From a virus, in UHGV virus genome UHGV-1358007: a DNA stretch of 20,705 bases. The stretch is one strand, 5' to 3'. The notes beneath the pieces were generated by a model. It saw nothing but the letters and a program-made list of their open reading frames with translations, did no database searches and had not been told where the DNA came from. How positions within the stretch are numbered: the first letter of the stretch is position 1; the number at the start of each line of letters is the position of its first letter. Position numbers and translations under genes: made by a program. Below, in pieces: positions 17,802 to 20,705 of the stretch.

Positions 17802-18797
17802 TTATCCATGTCGAGCCCACCCCTCTGAGATAAGGTTATGATTTATGCCGAACTGACCTGGGACGCCTGGAACTTGCAAACGCTGTAACATCCCCTCAGT
17901 GCGGAATTGATATGAAAACGTGTCTGGAGCCTCTAAAATGCTTCTGACAGATACGTACGATGCCTGGTTAACTGTTCCTAAGATAGCATTTGGGTCAAAA
18001 GGTTCACCCAGATGCATCTCAGTTTTGAAATCTTCATAAATTTCTTTGATCAGACCGTAAAGGTGCTCATCTGGTTTTTCCACCGTAAGACCTAAATCGT
18101 TTACCGCTTCAATCCTATTTATAGTGTAGTCATGGCTACCAGAATCACTACAAAGGAAACTTACAATTTTCTCAATGCTTTCACTATCAGTGAGTTGGTG
18201 AGACAGTAGTTTTCTTGCGAGCATTTGAATCTGCGCTTTAGCTCGATAGACTTTTCCAAGTACCAAGGGATGAACCTTTTCACTTAATGCAAGGAGGATC
18301 TGTGCAAGTGAGGCATCATCTTTGATACTCAAATCATGCTTAACTACTTCAAGATAGCCATTGATTTCTTCAACACTGACTGGAAGTTGAAGTGGCTGCC
18401 CATTGATTATGACCGAAGGGTTAAGTGGTGTATTCACACTTGGATCGATTGGCCCTAAGGTTGCCTGCTTGGTCATAACCAAGTTGTTCGCGCCAAGGCA
18501 CATTATCGTCCCAGAACTATGGCATTTTGATGGGATTATGATTTCGAGTTCTTTACAAAACTGACGAAGCAGGTTTACAAGGCTCCATGCTGTTAAAGTG
18601 TCGCCGCCTCGCGTATAGAGCACGAGGCTAATTTTTTGAACATCACCTATCACATCAAGATGATTGACGAACAGATCGAATACATCAGCGCTGATTTGAG
18701 CTTCTTGGTTTGGTCTATCACCTGTTACATAGCATAATACTTTTGAATTGCGTGCTTGTTCCAGTTGCGCATACAGGGCTTTACGCTGCTCAAACAT
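17802..18797 (-). CDS. Clp-fold serine protease of the SDH/S49 (SppA-like) family, 331 aa; moron encoded antisense to late transcription
   Basis: Motifs LVLYTRGGDTLTAWSL, KCHSSGTIMCLGAN and ATLGPIDPS resemble ClpP/SppA/SDH peptidase signatures; lower GC than phage genes; opposite strand between Q and holin. Confidence 0.75.
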   Translation of the reverse strand: MFEQRKALYAQLEQARNSKVLCYVTGDRPNQEAQISADVFDLFVNHLDVIGDVQKISLVLYTRGGDTLTAWSLVNLLRQFCKELEIIIPSKCHSSGTIMCLGANNLVMTKQATLGPIDPSVNTPLNPSVIINGQPLQLPVSVEEINGYLEVVKHDLSIKDDASLAQILLALSEKVHPLVLGKVYRAKAQIQMLARKLLSHQLTDSESIEKIVSFLCSDSGSHDYTINRIEAVNDLGLTVEKPDEHLYGLIKEIYEDFKTEMHLGEPFDPNAILGTVNQASYVSVRSILEAPDTFSYQFRTEGMLQRLQVPGVPGQFGINHNLISEGWARHG

Positions 18798-19251
18798 TCA
18801 GATGTCCTTATGTTAAGAATTTTCAAACCAAGAGGTAACATTCATTCAGAACTTACCACACAAGTGGTTAGATTCTATCGGCAAAAAAAGTCCAAAAATT
18901 AGCGCATTTACAAAACTCAAAGAGAGCAATGAGATTTTGCAAACGTACAGTGTGGATAACTTATGTGCAAAGTGGCGTTGATTTTACTCATTCGCTTCAA
19001 AAAAACCATAGTTTTCCTCACGCGGTCCGCATTTTATCGTGTAATCTGTTAAGAGTGGTTACTTCGCCACACAGCTTAAACCTGCCGTCGAGCGGGTTTT
19101 GTCATTTCTGGGCCTTGGTATTCGTTGGGCTTGGTCTATCTAGCACTTATCCATTGGCTCGGCTTCTTTTACGTTTCCGCTTCTGGTTTGCGGTTCGTGG
19201 TACTCCCTCAATTTGCACCTCCTGTATCGGCGAGGTGAGAGATAACTACAA

Positions 19252-19578
19252 ATGCCTCATAACCCAAATACCTGGCTGGAGTTGGTCCAGAGCTGGTGGC
19301 GTGGAGACACACCGCTGGGCGCAGTGATTATGTCGATCGTTATGGCTGGCTTGCGCATTGCCTATTTTGGCGGTGGTGGTGGCTGGAAACGAAAAACGCT
19401 CGAGATTTTGCTCTGTGGTGCTCTGACGCTGACTTTTGCATCCGCTCTTGAGTATGTCGGATGGCCTAAATCTCTTTCTGTTGCCATTGGTGGCGGCGTT
19501 GGGCTGATCGGGGTCGATGCTATTCGTGGGGCTGCAATGAGAGTAATCGGTAATAAGTTTGGTGGCTCTAAGGAGTAA
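19252..19578 (+). CDS. Holin (class I, three predicted TM segments), 108 aa
   Basis: RBS gaggtga; hydrophobic segments and charged C-terminus; directly precedes endolysin; not identical to lambda S. Confidence 0.8.
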   Translation: MPHNPNTWLELVQSWWRGDTPLGAVIMSIVMAGLRIAYFGGGGGWKRKTLEILLCGALTLTFASALEYVGWPKSLSVAIGGGVGLIGVDAIRGAAMRVIGNKFGGSKE

Positions 19579-19581
19579 TTT

Positions 19582-20058
19582 ATGCAGGTACTAAATTCCC
19601 AGCGTAAAGCTTTCCTGGATATGGTGGCATGGTCAGAAGGAACGGATAACGGGCGACAACCGACACGTAACCACGGTTATGACGTTATTGTCGGTGGCGA
19701 ACTCTTCACTGATTACTCCGATCACCCTCGAAAACTTGTCACGCTAAACCCGAAACTCAAATCAACAGCCGCAGGCCGTTATCAACTTCTTTCACGCTGG
19801 TGGGATGCTTACCGCAAGCAGTTAGGGCTGACAGACTTCTCTCCTAAAAGCCAGGACGCTGTTGCATTGCAGCAGATTAAGGAGCGTGGCGCTTTACTAA
19901 TGATTGATCGCGGTGACATCCGTCAGGCAATCGACCGTTGCAGCAATATCTGGGCCTCATTGCCGGGCGCTGGTTATGGTCAGTTCGAGCATAAGGCTGA
20001 CAGTCTGATTTCAAAATTCAAAGAAGCAGGCGGAACGGTCAGAGAGATTGAGGCATGA
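19582..20058 (+). CDS. R: Endolysin, lambda R-type lytic transglycosylase (158 aa)
   Basis: [47 protein letters not shown]... nearly identical to lambda R as I remember it. Confidence 0.95.
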   Translation: MQVLNSQRKAFLDMVAWSEGTDNGRQPTRNHGYDVIVGGELFTDYSDHPRKLVTLNPKLKSTAAGRYQLLSRWWDAYRKQLGLTDFSPKSQDAVALQQIKERGALLMIDRGDIRQAIDRCSNIWASLPGAGYGQFEHKADSLISKFKEAGGTVREIEA

Positions 20059-20516
20059 GCAGAGTCACCGCGATTATCTCCGCTCTGATAATCTGCATCA
20101 TCGTCTGCCTGTCATGGGCTGTTAATCATTATCGTGATAACGCCATTACCTATAAAGAGCAGCGCGACAAAAACGCCAGAGAACTGAAGCTGGCGAACTC
20201 GACAATTACTGATATGCAGCTTCGCCAGCGTGATGTTGCTGCGCTCGATGCAAAATACACGAAGGAGTTAGCTGATGCGAAAGCTGAAAATGATGCTCTG
20301 CGTGATGATGTTGCCGCTGGTCGTCGTCGGTTGCACATCAAAGCAGTCTGTCAGTCAGTGCGTGAAGCCACCACCGCCTCCGGCGTGGATAATGCAGCCT
20401 CCCCCCGACTGGCAGACACCGCTGAACGGAATTATTTCACCCTCAGAGATAGACTGATAATAATGCAGAAACAACTAGAAGGGACTCAGCAGTATATTAA
20501 GGAACAGTGCAGATAA
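20055..20516 (+). CDS. Rz: Inner-membrane spanin Rz (153 aa)
   Basis: N-terminal TM segment, coiled-coil rich; ATGA overlap with R; lambda Rz-like. Confidence 0.9.
   Translation: MSRVTAIISALIICIIVCLSWAVNHYRDNAITYKEQRDKNARELKLANSTITDMQLRQRDVAALDAKYTKELADAKAENDALRDDVAAGRRRLHIKAVCQSVREATTASGVDNAASPRLADTAERNYFTLRDRLIIMQKQLEGTQQYIKEQCR
20275..20457 (+). CDS. Rz1: Outer-membrane lipoprotein spanin Rz1, embedded in the +1 frame of Rz (60 aa)
   Basis: Lipobox LPLVVVGC and proline-rich PPPPPAW; embedded architecture typical of lambda Rz/Rz1. Confidence 0.85.
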   Translation: MRKLKMMLCVMMLPLVVVGCTSKQSVSQCVKPPPPPAWIMQPPPDWQTPLNGIISPSEID

Positions 20517-20547
20517 AGTTGACCATATTGATGGGCAACTCATGCAA

Positions 20548-20705
20548 TTATTGTGAGCAATATACCCGTGCTTCCAGCGGAGTATAAATGCCAAAAGTGA
20601 TGAAACCGAGCAATCCATTTACGAATGTTTGCTGGGTTTCTGTTTTAACCACATTTTCTGCACCACCACAAATTTTTGCTGCATCGACAGTTTTCTTCTG
20701 CCCAA
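20548..20705 (-). CDS. bor: Bor lipoprotein (serum-resistance lysogenic conversion protein), C-terminal part only; start lies beyond the window
   Basis: Reverse-strand translation ...GQKKTVDAAKICGGAENVVKTETQQTFVNGLLGFITLGIYTPLEARVYCSQ* matches the lambda Bor C-terminus; stop at 20548-20550. Confidence 0.8.
   Translation of the reverse strand, partial: GQKKTVDAAKICGGAENVVKTETQQTFVNGLLGFITFGIYTPLEARVYCSQ

Larger units (their letters stand above)
1..20705. mobile_element. Segment of a mosaic lambdoid temperate phage genome (tail fiber end, b-region cargo, attP, int-xis, early-left, immunity, replication, nin-like, Q, lysis, bor)
   Basis: Gene order stf-tfa-cargo-att-int-xis...repressor/cro-O-like-rusA-Q-holin-R-Rz/Rz1-bor matches the vegetative lambda map; products recognised from translated ORFs. 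Confidence 0.85.

Noticed and set aside
18929-19327. 132-aa ORF spanning the protease-holin intergenic region and the holin start
   Set aside because: It runs into the holin gene in another frame, has no RBS, and gives a Cys/Phe-rich low-complexity translation; the region more likely holds promoter elements.
1-20705. Insertion sequences, transposases or CRISPR-Cas components
   Set aside because: No transposase-like ORF, terminal inverted repeats with target duplications, or repeat-spacer arrays were seen; the mobility functions present are phage int/xis only.

Overview
The window is a 20.7-kb stretch of a mosaic lambdoid temperate phage, laid out in vegetative (attP-containing) gene order. 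From left to right: the 3' part of a side tail fiber gene with 132-bp in-frame tandem repeats and its assembly gene tfa; an AT-rich cargo island in the b-region position carrying one 1484-aa ORF with NACHT/STAND-type P-loop NTPase motifs; a 46-bp att core matching the 3' end of tRNA-Thr; P22-type int and xis; a short early-left operon including an HD-domain phosphohydrolase; a GC-rich, hairpin-rich, apparently non-coding block next to a convergent AT-rich gene with its own terminator; an immunity region whose cI-type repressor keeps only the S24 peptidase domain, facing a Cro-like gene; a replication initiator with internal iterons; a nin-like region with a LexA DNA-binding-domain-only protein, RusA, a frameshifted KilA-N/KilAC antirepressor-like gene and an HNH-like protein; a short Q antiterminator; a Clp-fold (SDH/S49-like) serine protease encoded antisense between Q and the lysis genes; holin, lambda-type R, Rz/Rz1; and the 3' end of bor. 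The strongest candidate for an undescribed system is the NACHT-like giant protein in the tail-fiber/att hotspot. All homology statements come from motif recognition and memory of protein families, not from database searches. CDS coordinates follow the supplied ORF track; my own base-by-base reading disagreed with it by 1-2 nt in places (around 15540 and 16200), so coordinates I derived myself for non-coding features may be off by a couple of bases.
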